This document shows, one piece after another, positions 45,736 to 55,598 of a stretch of DNA of 64,000 bases. How positions within the stretch are numbered: position 1 is the first letter of the stretch; every line of letters begins with the position of its first letter. A program made the translations under genes and the position numbers. Below the pieces are notes generated by a model that worked only from the letters and a program-made list of their open reading frames with translations, ran no database searches and had not been told where the DNA came from. The DNA is from Bacteroidales bacterium (GTDB lineage: Bacteria > Bacteroidota > Bacteroidia > Bacteroidales > WCHB1-69). The stretch lies in contig JBLJBB010000010.1 in NCBI GenBank assembly GCA_047638115.1, positions 18,172-82,171 on the forward strand, read 5' to 3'.

Positions 45736-48700
45736 ATGAAACGTTTTCTTTTGTTAATCACCTTGTTGGCCTTGATCATCTCTATTCAAGCGCAACGTTT
45801 TAACTCATTTTCTGCAAACCCTTCTGTAACCATTGAAGAGATGAAACAATTCCTATCTTCAGGTTCTTCTGATAAACAAAATGAAGCAAATAAACTTTTG
45901 GATCAATTTACCATATTTTGGAACAATCCATTCAATACCCATGAAAGCCAACTGGCATTTATAGAAGTAGCTAATGCTATGTTAAAGAAAAGGATGCGCC
46001 CTTTTCCCCATTTTGAATTACTTATTGATGCCTATAGTGCTTTTACAACCAATGAGTTGGTTTCAAACTATGTTGAATGGGCGCAGATGGTAAAATACCA
46101 TATTGATAAAGATCAAAGTTCTTTTCATTTAGTGATGAAAAGTTACACCAACTTTTTTAACCATAATATTATTGCAACAGAACAAAATGCAAAATGGGTA
46201 GTTTATGGATCAGCAGATGCTATAGGAGTTGATAAAGAACCATTTATAGCATTTAAAGAGATCAATCTGGTTGGCTGTTCAAAACAAGATAGTGTTACCA
46301 TATTTGCAACCTCCGGAGTGTATTACCCATCGACATTGAGGTGGATTGGAACAAAAGGTGAAATCAATTGGGAAAGAGCTGGATATGAAAATGTTGTAGC
46401 TACTTTCGGCAGCTATAATCTTGATGTTCGATTCCCTAAAGTTAAAGTTGAAAATGCCCTTTTAAGCTATCCCCGTTTATTCTCAAGCCCCATTTTAGGT
46501 GTACTTGAAGATAAAGCTGGTGTTGCCACAACTGAAGAGAAAGCGCTCTATCCAAATTTTAAAAGTTATGATAATTACCTTTCCATTCCAAACATATACA
46601 AAAATGTGGATTATATTGGTGGATTTCAACTGCGTGGAGCTTCGATTCAAGGATCCTCTGATGGGTCAAAATTAGCAAAAATTTTTGTTAGAAAAGATGA
46701 TGGAACCAGAATTATTGCTGTTGAGTCTGTTAGTTACCTTTTTAGACCCGGTTCAGTGTTAGCCAATGATGCTAGAGTGAGTATCTATATTGATAAAGAT
46801 TCCATTTTTCATCCTTCTGCTAACTTTAAATATACTGAAGATACAAAAGAATTGATTGTTTCTCGTCCCAAATATGGTGTTGGACGATCTCCATTTTTTG
46901 ACACCTATCATAAACTTGAAATAACTGCCGAGTCTATCCAATGGAAAACAGATAAAGAGACTATTGAAATTAAGCCATTAGTTGGAAATTCTAGTGAAAG
47001 TAAAGCGGTTTTTGAATCTCAAAACTATTTTGAAGAGGGAAGAATGCGAAAACTTAAAGGGTTTAATGATATTCATCCATTAAGAACATTGTATGATATG
47101 TACAATAGCAATCAATTTGAACCACTTACACTCAGACAAGTTATCACCTATTTTCAAGCATCTGAAACTGATATTAAAGCGATGCTTGTTGAATTTTCTG
47201 CACAAGGGTTTGTGGAATATGATGTGAATAATGATCAGATTAAATATCGCAAAAAATTAACACAATACTTAAATAACGATGTTGGGATGAAGGATTATGA
47301 CGATATCGTTCTGGAATCTCAAACCCATTACGCTTCATTAGACCTTACAAACTTTGACCTTAAAATTACAGGGTGTGAATATTTTGTATTAAGTAGTGCT
47401 CAAATTGTAAATGTTTATCCAAATGATCAGAAAGTTACTGTGAAGAAAAACAGAGATATGGTTTTTTCTGGGAGAGTCATTGGAGGACTTTTCGACTTTG
47501 TTACATCAAATTGCAAGTTTAATTATGATGAATTCAAAGTGGATATGGACATCATTGATTCGATGATCATGTATACAGAAGATAGATCAGGAAAAATGAA
47601 CATGTATGGCGAGTACCAACTCAAAAAAGTAAATAGTCAAATTGAAGAATTAGCAGGTACTTTGTATATAGATATGCCTGGGAATAAGTGTGGTAGAACT
47701 GATAATCCAGATTATCCAATGTTTGAGAGTAGAAAAGCAGGAAAAGTGTTTTATGACCAACACTATGTTCAAGGTGGTGCCTATAAAAGAGATCGTTTTT
47801 GGTATCATGTTGATCTATTTATCATTAAAAATTTAGATAATTTTGTGATCGATTCTTTGAAATTTAATGGTAGATTGATCTCAGGTGGAATCTTTCCTGA
47901 TATCCCAGAACCTTTAATGATCAGACCCGATTTCTCTTTGGGTTTTGTGCACCAAACTTCAAAATTACCGATGTATGAAAATAGAGGTTTTTTCACAAGT
48001 ACTATTGATTTGAGCAATAATGGATTAAGAGGTACAGGAACCATTGATTTTCAAACATCTTCTTCCTATTCTGATGATTATATATTCCTCTTAGATCAAA
48101 CATCTGGTATTATCAAAACTCATACAGTGAGTGAGCAATTGGCAGGAACTGAATTCCCAAAAGCGAGTACTCTTAACGCAAGAATGATATGGAAACCGTA
48201 TGAAGATCAGATGTTTATACATTCAACGGATACTCCTATTTCTATCTTTGGAGAAACAGAACTTACAGGCAACACGGTGATCACTTCCAACGGAATGTAC
48301 GGAAGTGGTATTTTAAAGTTTAAACAAGCTGATTTAACTTCTAAGAAATTCTTTTTTAAACATCATGAGTTAGATGCTGACACTGCAAATTTGAGAATAT
48401 ATGACCTTAAAAACCCAGACGAAGTTGCTTTTGCTACGAATAACTATAAATCTCATATCAATTTCCAAACCAGAATTGGTGATTTTGTAGCTAATGGAAC
48501 AGCTTCTGAAGTCTATTTTATCAAGAATGAGTTTAAAGCAATGGCCAAAGCTTTCGAATGGAATACGATTGATCAGCAAATACTTAAATTCAGATGGGAT
48601 GATGACCCTTATAAAAATGTAGATATCAATGGTACTTCTACCCGAGATTTAGTGGATATGGTAAGTCAGGGTAATGAATTGATTTGCACTGACCCCGGAA

Positions 48701-50226
48701 TGAGAGGACTTCAGTTTTGTGCTACTTCTGCTGAATTTGACTTCGGGAAAAATATTATAAATGCGCATGGTGTTCGTTTTATTAATGTGGGTGATGCAGC
48801 CATTATTCCTAAGGATGGAGAAGTAACTATTCTCGAAGAAGCACAAATTCCTACACTCTATGATTCCAGAATTTTAGCAGGTAGAGGAAATAAATTTCAT
48901 GAGATTTATAGTTGTGTAACCACTATAAGAACAGCTATTGACTTTGTAAGCTCTGGATTTATTGATTATATTGATGAAATTAAATCTGTACAAACCATAA
49001 GATTAGATACTATTTGGTATTACAAAACCACTCAAGCAATCGGAAAAATTCCGTTAGATATGAATTTTAAATTGAGTCCACATTTTGCATTTGATGGAAG
49101 AATGCAACTAAATAGTGTTGATTCCTTCTTAACTTTTGTGGGAGGTGTTGAGTTTATTCATGATTGTGACACGATTAAATATGCACGATTTAGAATTATG
49201 CAACAAATTAATCCAAATTCAATCTTCCTTGAAATCAATAACAAAAGTAAAGACATCAATGATCGAAAAGCTGTAGTAGCAATCACATCAGCCAATAGAA
49301 CAGGGAGAATTTATACTGCATTTGGTGCAGCAAAAGATCAGTTTAATGATGCAGAGTATATTTCCGTTCAAGGGTTTATAACTTATGATCATAGTTCACA
49401 GGAGTATCGAGCTGCTTCACGTGAAAAACTCGAAGATATTACTTTGCCCGGCACAATTATTAGATTACGTAAAAGTGATTGTATCTCTATTGGTTCCGGA
49501 GCTATAGATATGGGTGCTAAGCTAGGGAGAGTTGATTTTGTTACTAATGGTAACATCATAAACTACATGAAAGCAGATTCTGCAGAGATGAACTTAACCA
49601 CATCCATAAACTTCTTCTTTAATGCTGAAGCAATGAAAGTGATGAACAAAGTGATTTCAAACACAACAACTCTTGATTTTTTCGATCCTTCCACTGATGA
49701 TGCTTATAATGAGGCAATTTACAATATATTAGGTCCAGATGATTACGCAAAATACAAACAAGATCAATCTGCATTTGGACAAGTGAAAAAACTTCCTGAA
49801 AAATTACAAGTTCAATTTTTATTTTCTGATATAAATTTTACATGGGATAAAGAGAACTCTGCTTTTGTTTCTCAAAATAGTTTACCTTTAATAATTTGTG
49901 GAGCAACACAAGTTTATAAAGAGATTCCTGGTATCATTGTTATTGAGAAAAGAGGGTCTAGGAATAAATTGTTTATATATTTTGAATTTAATAATCAGTT
50001 TTTCTTTTTCCAATTTGAAAATAACAACATGTATGGATTCTCCTCTGAAAAAGATTTTAATGAAGCGATCAGTAGTACAAAATCTAAAAACAGAGCACAA
50101 GCTCCTGAAAAAGGGTTGCCTTCTTTCTCTTATAAGTTAGGAAATAAAAGTCAACAAAAAAGGTTTATGAAGAAGTATTATGTAGTGATTGAGGATGAAG
50201 AAACTGCTCCTGTTGAAGAAGAATAA
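45736..50226 (+). CDS. 1496-aa secreted hypothetical protein (no domain recognised)
   Basis: Long uninterrupted ORF 23 nt after a -7 box. Signal peptide MKRFLLLITLLALIISIQAQ. No internal repeats or catalytic motifs that I can recognise. Basic stretch followed by an acidic tail (KKYYVVIEDEETAPVEEE). Confidence 0.8.
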   Translation: MKRFLLLITLLALIISIQAQRFNSFSANPSVTIEEMKQFLSSGSSDKQNEANKLLDQFTIFWNNPFNTHESQLAFIEVANAMLKKRMRPFPHFELLIDAYSAFTTNELVSNYVEWAQMVKYHIDKDQSSFHLVMKSYTNFFNHNIIATEQNAKWVVYGSADAIGVDKEPFIAFKEINLVGCSKQDSVTIFATSGVYYPSTLRWIGTKGEINWERAGYENVVATFGSYNLDVRFPKVKVENALLSYPRLFSSPILGVLEDKAGVATTEEKALYPNFKSYDNYLSIPNIYKNVDYIGGFQLRGASIQGSSDGSKLAKIFVRKDDGTRIIAVESVSYLFRPGSVLANDARVSIYIDKDSIFHPSANFKYTEDTKELIVSRPKYGVGRSPFFDTYHKLEITAESIQWKTDKETIEIKPLVGNSSESKAVFESQNYFEEGRMRKLKGFNDIHPLRTLYDMYNSNQFEPLTLRQVITYFQASETDIKAMLVEFSAQGFVEYDVNNDQIKYRKKLTQYLNNDVGMKDYDDIVLESQTHYASLDLTNFDLKITGCEYFVLSSAQIVNVYPNDQKVTVKKNRDMVFSGRVIGGLFDFVTSNCKFNYDEFKVDMDIIDSMIMYTEDRSGKMNMYGEYQLKKVNSQIEELAGTLYIDMPGNKCGRTDNPDYPMFESRKAGKVFYDQHYVQGGAYKRDRFWYHVDLFIIKNLDNFVIDSLKFNGRLISGGIFPDIPEPLMIRPDFSLGFVHQTSKLPMYENRGFFTSTIDLSNNGLRGTGTIDFQTSSSYSDDYIFLLDQTSGIIKTHTVSEQLAGTEFPKASTLNARMIWKPYEDQMFIHSTDTPISIFGETELTGNTVITSNGMYGSGILKFKQADLTSKKFFFKHHELDADTANLRIYDLKNPDEVAFATNNYKSHINFQTRIGDFVANGTASEVYFIKNEFKAMAKAFEWNTIDQQILKFRWDDDPYKNVDINGTSTRDLVDMVSQGNELICTDPGMRGLQFCATSAEFDFGKNIINAHGVRFINVGDAAIIPKDGEVTILEEAQIPTLYDSRILAGRGNKFHEIYSCVTTIRTAIDFVSSGFIDYIDEIKSVQTIRLDTIWYYKTTQAIGKIPLDMNFKLSPHFAFDGRMQLNSVDSFLTFVGGVEFIHDCDTIKYARFRIMQQINPNSIFLEINNKSKDINDRKAVVAITSANRTGRIYTAFGAAKDQFNDAEYISVQGFITYDHSSQEYRAASREKLEDITLPGTIIRLRKSDCISIGSGAIDMGAKLGRVDFVTNGNIINYMKADSAEMNLTTSINFFFNAEAMKVMNKVISNTTTLDFFDPSTDDAYNEAIYNILGPDDYAKYKQDQSAFGQVKKLPEKLQVQFLFSDINFTWDKENSAFVSQNSLPLIICGATQVYKEIPGIIVIEKRGSRNKLFIYFEFNNQFFFFQFENNNMYGFSSEKDFNEAISSTKSKNRAQAPEKGLPSFSYKLGNKSQQKRFMKKYYVVIEDEETAPVEEE

Positions 50227-50251
50227 TTTATAATTTTTAAAAATTGATTTT

Positions 50252-51823
50252 ATGGTATTTTCAACTATTGATAGTATTGTTTTTATACTCTATGGAGTTG
50301 TAATTATTGGAATAGGATTGTATGTTTCTCGACAACCAAAAGGGATAGAAAAAAATGCAAACGATTATTTCTTAGCTTCCAAATCTTTACCCTGGTGGGC
50401 TGTTGGGGCCTCACTCATTGCAGCAAACATTAGTGCTGAGCAGTTTATTGGCATGTCTGGATCTGGATTTAAAATTGGCCTTGGCATTGCAACATATGAG
50501 TGGATGTCAGCTTTAACTTTGGTCATTATTGCCCTATTTTTTATTCCTATCTACTTGAAAAAAGGGGTATTTACTATGCCACAGTTCTTAGAACAAAGAT
50601 TTGACAAAAGAGTAAAAGTGGTGATGGCAATCTTTTGGTTAGCAGTTTTTGTATTTATAAATTTAACTTCTATCTTATATTTAGGTGCTTTAGCTGTTCA
50701 TAACATGTTTGGAATATCATTGTTTTGGAGTGTTATTTTCTTAGCACTTTTTGCCATGGTGTATTCCATTTATGGTGGATTAAAAGCGGTGGCATGGACA
50801 GATGTTGTTCAAGTTTTTTTCTTGGTTGGAGGCGGCTTAGTTGTTACATGGGTAGCACTATCTACATTAGGAGACGGGAGTTTTCTTTCAGGTGTAAAAA
50901 CCATTTTTGATCAAGCCCCAGAAAAATTTGATTTAATTTTAGATAAATCTCATCCATCTTATATAGATTTGCCTGGGATTGGAGTTCTTATTGGTGGAAT
51001 GTGGGTAGCAAATTTATACTATTGGGGTTGTAATCAATACATTATCCAACGTGCCTTAGCTGCAAAAAATGTTCATGAAGCTCAAAAAGGGTTAATCTTT
51101 GCAGGATTTCTTAAACTATTACTGCCACTTATTGTAGTCATTCCAGGAATTGCAGCTTTTCTATTAGCTCAAAAAGGGATTATAACTATTGACAAACCAG
51201 ATAATGCATATCCTGTCCTTCTTAACATGATTCCACAAGGAGTTCGGGGACTTGCATTTGCTGCTTTGGTTGCTGCAATCCTCTCCTCCTTAGCTTCAAT
51301 GATGAATAGTATTTCTACCATTTTTACAATGGATATATACAAAACATATTTTAGCATAAATGCAACTGAAAAAAGATTGGTAAATGTGGGTAGAATTAGT
51401 GCAGTTTTGGCTATGGTTATTGCAGTACTAATTGCACCATTGTTAACTAATTTAGATCAAGCTTTTCAATATATTCAAGAGTTTACAGGGTTTATTAGTC
51501 CTGGAGCTTTAGCCATTTTCTTAACTGGTTTTTTCTACAAAAAAGCAACAGCCAACGGAGCTTTAGCATCTGCATTGGGAACCTTTGTTTTCTCTGCATT
51601 GTTTAAATTTTTATTACCTGAAGTGCCTTTCTTAGATAGAATGGGATATGTCTTTCTCATTTCTCTTTTCATCATTTGGTTATTTGCAAAAATCGAAAAT
51701 AAACCTGAATCCCCTAAGGTGATTCAACTTGAAAAATCGATGTTTAGTACGTCAAAAGGTTTCAAATGGGGAGCGGCAATCATCGTTATAATATTGATTG
51801 TTTTATATGCAATATGGTGGTAA
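50252..51823 (+). CDS. sodium:solute symporter family transporter (SGLT-like sugar symporter)
   Basis: About 13-14 TMs. The N-terminal YFLASKSLPWWAVGASLIAANISAEQFIGMSG block is typical of SSF/SGLT. It sits directly upstream of galK. Confidence 0.85.
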   Translation: MVFSTIDSIVFILYGVVIIGIGLYVSRQPKGIEKNANDYFLASKSLPWWAVGASLIAANISAEQFIGMSGSGFKIGLGIATYEWMSALTLVIIALFFIPIYLKKGVFTMPQFLEQRFDKRVKVVMAIFWLAVFVFINLTSILYLGALAVHNMFGISLFWSVIFLALFAMVYSIYGGLKAVAWTDVVQVFFLVGGGLVVTWVALSTLGDGSFLSGVKTIFDQAPEKFDLILDKSHPSYIDLPGIGVLIGGMWVANLYYWGCNQYIIQRALAAKNVHEAQKGLIFAGFLKLLLPLIVVIPGIAAFLLAQKGIITIDKPDNAYPVLLNMIPQGVRGLAFAALVAAILSSLASMMNSISTIFTMDIYKTYFSINATEKRLVNVGRISAVLAMVIAVLIAPLLTNLDQAFQYIQEFTGFISPGALAIFLTGFFYKKATANGALASALGTFVFSALFKFLLPEVPFLDRMGYVFLISLFIIWLFAKIENKPESPKVIQLEKSMFSTSKGFKWGAAIIVIILIVLYAIWW

Positions 51824-51833
51824 AAAGTAAAAT

Positions 51834-52961
51834 ATGATAGAATTTAGATTATTAGATCAATTTGAATCCCATTTTAGATCAAAAGGGAGAGTTTTCTCTT
51901 CTCCAGGAAGAATCAATGTTATTGGAGAACATACAGATTACAATCAAGGTTTTGTTTTGCCCTCAATCATAAAACAAAAATTTTATGTTGTTATGGCTAA
52001 ACGGGGTGGCTTAGATCCTTTTCCAATCGTTAGAATACTATCATCTCAATCTAATGAAATCGTAGAATTTAATCTATTTACACCCCCTCCTAAACCATGG
52101 ATGAAATACTTTTGGGGTGTTATTAAAGAGATGATGAAAAGGGAAAGAGAGATCTCAAGTATTGATGTATTGATCTATTCAGAGATACCCGTAGGTGCAG
52201 GGGTCTCCTCTTCTGCCGCTTTGTGTTCTGCATTCGGATTAGCTTTAAATGGAATTTTTAATCTTGGATTTAGTAATCTTGAATTAGCAAAAATTGGGCA
52301 AGATACAGAACACAACTATATTGGAGTAAAATGTGGACTAATGGACCAGTTTGCGTCTCTTTTTGGCAAAAAAGGTTCATTTCTAAAATTAGATTGCCAA
52401 TCGTTAAACTTTGAATATATCCCTTTTGATTATCCTGAAATAAGCATATTACTTTTCAATTCAAGGGTAAAACACAATTTAGCCGCTTCAGAATACAATT
52501 TAAGGAGAGAAAGTTGTGAAAGAGTTGTTGATGTTCTTAAATTTAATCACCCTAATATCCAATCACTTAGGGATGTATTATTGATAGATTTAATGAATTT
52601 CAAAAACTTCATAGATGAAATCGATTTCAAAAGAGCACTTTATGTTTTGGAAGAGAATCATAGAGTTCTCAATTTATGTGAATCCTTAAAAAATGGAGAT
52701 ATCTCCTCGTTATCTTCATCACTTCTTGCATCACATGAAGGATTAAGTAAAAAATATGACGTGAGTTGTTCAGAGCTTGACTTTCTCGTAGAATGTGCAT
52801 ACAATACACCTGGGATAATTGGGGCACGAATGATGGGTGGTGGCTTTGGAGGGTGTACTATTAATTTTATAAAAACTGATCTCAAAGAACAATTTATTGA
52901 AAAAATGTGTGCAAAATTTGAGAAAAAATATTTAAAAACGGCTATCTATTACGATATTTAG
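51834..52961 (+). CDS. galK: galactokinase
   Basis: Signature GRINVIGEHTDYNQGFVLP, the GHMP ATP loop PVGAGVSSSAA, and GARMMGGGFGGC. Confidence 0.95.
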   Translation: MIEFRLLDQFESHFRSKGRVFSSPGRINVIGEHTDYNQGFVLPSIIKQKFYVVMAKRGGLDPFPIVRILSSQSNEIVEFNLFTPPPKPWMKYFWGVIKEMMKREREISSIDVLIYSEIPVGAGVSSSAALCSAFGLALNGIFNLGFSNLELAKIGQDTEHNYIGVKCGLMDQFASLFGKKGSFLKLDCQSLNFEYIPFDYPEISILLFNSRVKHNLAASEYNLRRESCERVVDVLKFNHPNIQSLRDVLLIDLMNFKNFIDEIDFKRALYVLEENHRVLNLCESLKNGDISSLSSSLLASHEGLSKKYDVSCSELDFLVECAYNTPGIIGARMMGGGFGGCTINFIKTDLKEQFIEKMCAKFEKKYLKTAIYYDI

Positions 52962-52966
52962 TATAA

Positions 52967-53036
52967 AGGGCGAAGGGCGAAGGGCAAAGGGCTAAGGGCA
53001 AAGGGCAAAGGGCGAAAGGCGAAGGGCGAAGGGCAA
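52967..53036 (+). repeat. ten perfect-register tandem heptamers, consensus AGGGCRA
   Basis: Read directly: AGGGCGA AGGGCGA AGGGCAA AGGGCTA AGGGCAA AGGGCAA AGGGCGA AAGGCGA AGGGCGA AGGGCAA. It starts 6 nt after the galK stop and ends 21 nt before the galM ATG. Confidence 0.95.
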
Positions 53037-53057
53037 AATTGATTAAAATTTTTTTAA

Positions 53058-54086
53058 ATGGGAAGTAAAATATTTCAGAAATATAGAATTCAAAATAGCA
53101 ATGGTTTATGTGCAGAAATATGTAATTTTGGAGCGAAAATTTTATCATTACATGTTCCTGATAAGCACGGTGTTCTCCAAGATATTCTGATAGGTTTTGA
53201 TGATAATCAACACTATTTTTTTCATGATCCTTATTTAAATGGTATTTGTGGAAGATTTGCAGGAAGGATTGGGAACGGATCTTTTAGGTTAAATGGGGAA
53301 ATGTTTGAAATAACAAAAAATGAGGGGAATCACCAACTACATGGTGGTTTTAAAGGGTTTCATGTTCAATTTTGGGAAGTAGAAAAGTGGGAAGAGCATA
53401 AAATTACTTTGAAATATTTTTCTGAAGATGGTGAAGAGGGTTTCCCAGGGAATTTAGATGTTTGGGTAACTTATGAATGGGATAATTCTGACCAATTCAT
53501 GATCACATGCAAAGCAGAAACAGATAAAGCAACTATCGTAAATTTGTGTCAACATGCCTATTTCAATTTGAATGGAAGTGGAACTGTAAAAAAGCATCAA
53601 TTACAAATTCAAGCAGACCAATACACAGAGTTTGATGACCAACTTATCAATACAGGAAATTTGCTTCATGTAGAAAAGACGCCTTTAGATTTCAGAGTTT
53701 TTAAAAGCTTAGAAGCCATAGATAACGACCCATTTTTTGCCCATACATTGGGTATTGACCATTGTTTTTCATTGTCACGATTTAATAAAAACGGTGGATT
53801 AGTAGAAGCATGTAAATTGTATTCCCCACAAAGTGGTATAGAATTGGAAATATACACTAATCAACCCGCTTTGGTAGTTTATACGGGAAATTTTATTGAA
53901 GATCAAATTGGAAAAAAGGGGGTTCAAAATGGTCTGCATACAGCTATTTGTTTAGAAACACAAGCATTTCCAAACAGCCCCAACATACAAAATTTCCCTA
54001 CAACCCAGCTAAATCCAGGAGAAGTATACCTATCAACTACTTGTTGGAAGTTTTCAACTACCATAAACGAAAGTGTGGATATTTAA
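53058..54086 (+). CDS. galM: aldose 1-epimerase (galactose mutarotase)
   Basis: GRFAGRIGNGSFRLNGEMFEITKNEGNHQLHGG, and later NLCQHAYFNL and ICLETQAFPNSPN blocks typical of GalM. Confidence 0.9.
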   Translation: MGSKIFQKYRIQNSNGLCAEICNFGAKILSLHVPDKHGVLQDILIGFDDNQHYFFHDPYLNGICGRFAGRIGNGSFRLNGEMFEITKNEGNHQLHGGFKGFHVQFWEVEKWEEHKITLKYFSEDGEEGFPGNLDVWVTYEWDNSDQFMITCKAETDKATIVNLCQHAYFNLNGSGTVKKHQLQIQADQYTEFDDQLINTGNLLHVEKTPLDFRVFKSLEAIDNDPFFAHTLGIDHCFSLSRFNKNGGLVEACKLYSPQSGIELEIYTNQPALVVYTGNFIEDQIGKKGVQNGLHTAICLETQAFPNSPNIQNFPTTQLNPGEVYLSTTCWKFSTTINESVDI

Positions 54087-54097
54087 AATAAATATTC

Positions 54098-54105
54098 TAT
54101 CTTTG
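54098..54105 (+). promoter_or_regulatory. candidate -7 box TATCTTTG for cstA
   Basis: Exact match, 28 nt upstream of the ATG at 54133. It lies inside the track's longer GTG-started ORF and overlaps the galM stop region. Confidence 0.5.
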
Positions 54106-54132
54106 CCACCCAAAAAAATAACTTTAGGAACT

Positions 54133-55572
54133 ATGATTTCTTTTTCAATCTGTTTATCCATTTTAATTATTGGATATTTTGTTTATGGAAAATTTGTAGA
54201 AAGAATTTTTGGAATAAACTCTGCAAATTTGACCCCTGCATATCGTTTAAAGGATAATGTAGATTTTATTCCTATGACAAGTTTTAAAGTATTTATTATT
54301 CAATTCTTAAATATTGCTGGGTTAGGTCCCATTTTTGGGGCCATAATGGGAGCAAAATTCGGAACAGCTTCATTTCTATGGATAACTTTCGGAACACTTT
54401 TTATTGGAGCAGTTCACGATTATATACCTGGCATGATCTCTATGAGGAAAAATGGGGAAACTTTGCCAGAAATTCACGGAATGTTTTTAGGAAAATGGAT
54501 CAGAGAATTCATGCGAATAATTACAATTATACTCACAATTTTGGTGGGTGTTGTTTTTGTTATTGGACCTGCCGCATTATTGACAACCATAACCCCTGAA
54601 TATCTCAATTTTACATTTTGGATAGTATTGATTGTTATCTATTATCTTTTAGCAACTTTGTTACCTATAGATAAGATTATTGGGAAAATTTACCCAATTT
54701 TTGGAATTTTTCTATTGATTATGGCTATTGGGATCCTATTTAGTATTTTTTATTACCAACCAGCAATTCCAGAAATTTGGGAGGGTTTACAAAATAAACA
54801 TCCTTTTGCCTCGTCTACTCCCATTTTCCCTATTATGTTTGTTACTATTGCATGTGGAGCAGTTTCAGGATTTCATACGACTCAATCTACGTTTATGTCT
54901 CGCTGTATGAAAAACGAAAACCTAGGCAGACCCGTTTTTTTCGGTGCAATGATAACAGAAGGGATTGTTGCTCTAATCTGGGCTGCTGCAGCATCCTATT
55001 TTTTTTATGAAACTGAAGCTGGCAAAGCATTGTTTGTCTCTGGAAATCCTACCCTTGTTGTTAATTTGATAACGCAAACATGGATGGGGCAAGTGGGTGC
55101 AGTTTTGGCAATTTTGGGTGTTGTTTTTGCACCTATCACTACAGGTGACACTGCCTTACGAATGGGGAGAATTATGATTGCAGAACTGTTTCACTATGAC
55201 CAAAAGAAAATTAAAAACAGATTAATAATTTCGATTCCTATATTTGTAGTAACAATCATGATTATGCTTTGGAGTATCAATGATAAACAGGGTTTTGATA
55301 CAATTTGGCGCTATTTTGCTTGGATAAACCAATTCTTAGCAGTAGTTACTTTATGGGCCTGCACGATTTATCTTGCACAAGAGAAAAAATTGTATTGGAT
55401 TACTCTTATTCCTGCTATGTTTATGACCATGGTATGTTCTCTTTTTATTTTTATTGCTTCTAATGAAGGTTTTGGATTTCCTACATTGCTTTCATATATA
55501 TTAGCAACTTTAATTACTTTAAGTTTTACAATTTTGTTCTTTTATTGGAAAAAGCAACAAAAAAAAATATAA
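54133..55572 (+). CDS. cstA: carbon starvation protein A family transporter
   Basis: [27 protein letters not shown]...TPA...DFIPM...[20 protein letters not shown] is the CstA N-terminal pattern, with many TMs. The ATG at 54133 is preferred over the track's GTG at 54073 because a -7 box lies at 54098-54105. Confidence 0.85.
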   Translation: MISFSICLSILIIGYFVYGKFVERIFGINSANLTPAYRLKDNVDFIPMTSFKVFIIQFLNIAGLGPIFGAIMGAKFGTASFLWITFGTLFIGAVHDYIPGMISMRKNGETLPEIHGMFLGKWIREFMRIITIILTILVGVVFVIGPAALLTTITPEYLNFTFWIVLIVIYYLLATLLPIDKIIGKIYPIFGIFLLIMAIGILFSIFYYQPAIPEIWEGLQNKHPFASSTPIFPIMFVTIACGAVSGFHTTQSTFMSRCMKNENLGRPVFFGAMITEGIVALIWAAAASYFFYETEAGKALFVSGNPTLVVNLITQTWMGQVGAVLAILGVVFAPITTGDTALRMGRIMIAELFHYDQKKIKNRLIISIPIFVVTIMIMLWSINDKQGFDTIWRYFAWINQFLAVVTLWACTIYLAQEKKLYWITLIPAMFMTMVCSLFIFIASNEGFGFPTLLSYILATLITLSFTILFFYWKKQQKKI

Positions 55573-55598
55573 TACGTATAAAATCAAAAATTAAAAAA

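Noticed and set aside
38628-50226. TamA/TamB-like pairing of the Omp85-type barrel (38628-40013) with the 1496-aa protein (45736-50226).
   Set aside because: The genes are not adjacent and are separated by a GT2 gene and a large opposite-strand gene. The large protein has a cleavable signal peptide rather than an N-terminal anchor. I see no DUF490-like C-terminus. This is left as something a structure search could still overturn.
52942-53148. 68-aa minus-strand ORF spanning the galK-galM spacer.
   Set aside because: Its central sequence (RPSPFALCPLPLALCPSPFAL) is just the heptamer array read in frame. It also overlaps the galM start and the galK end, so it is not a gene.
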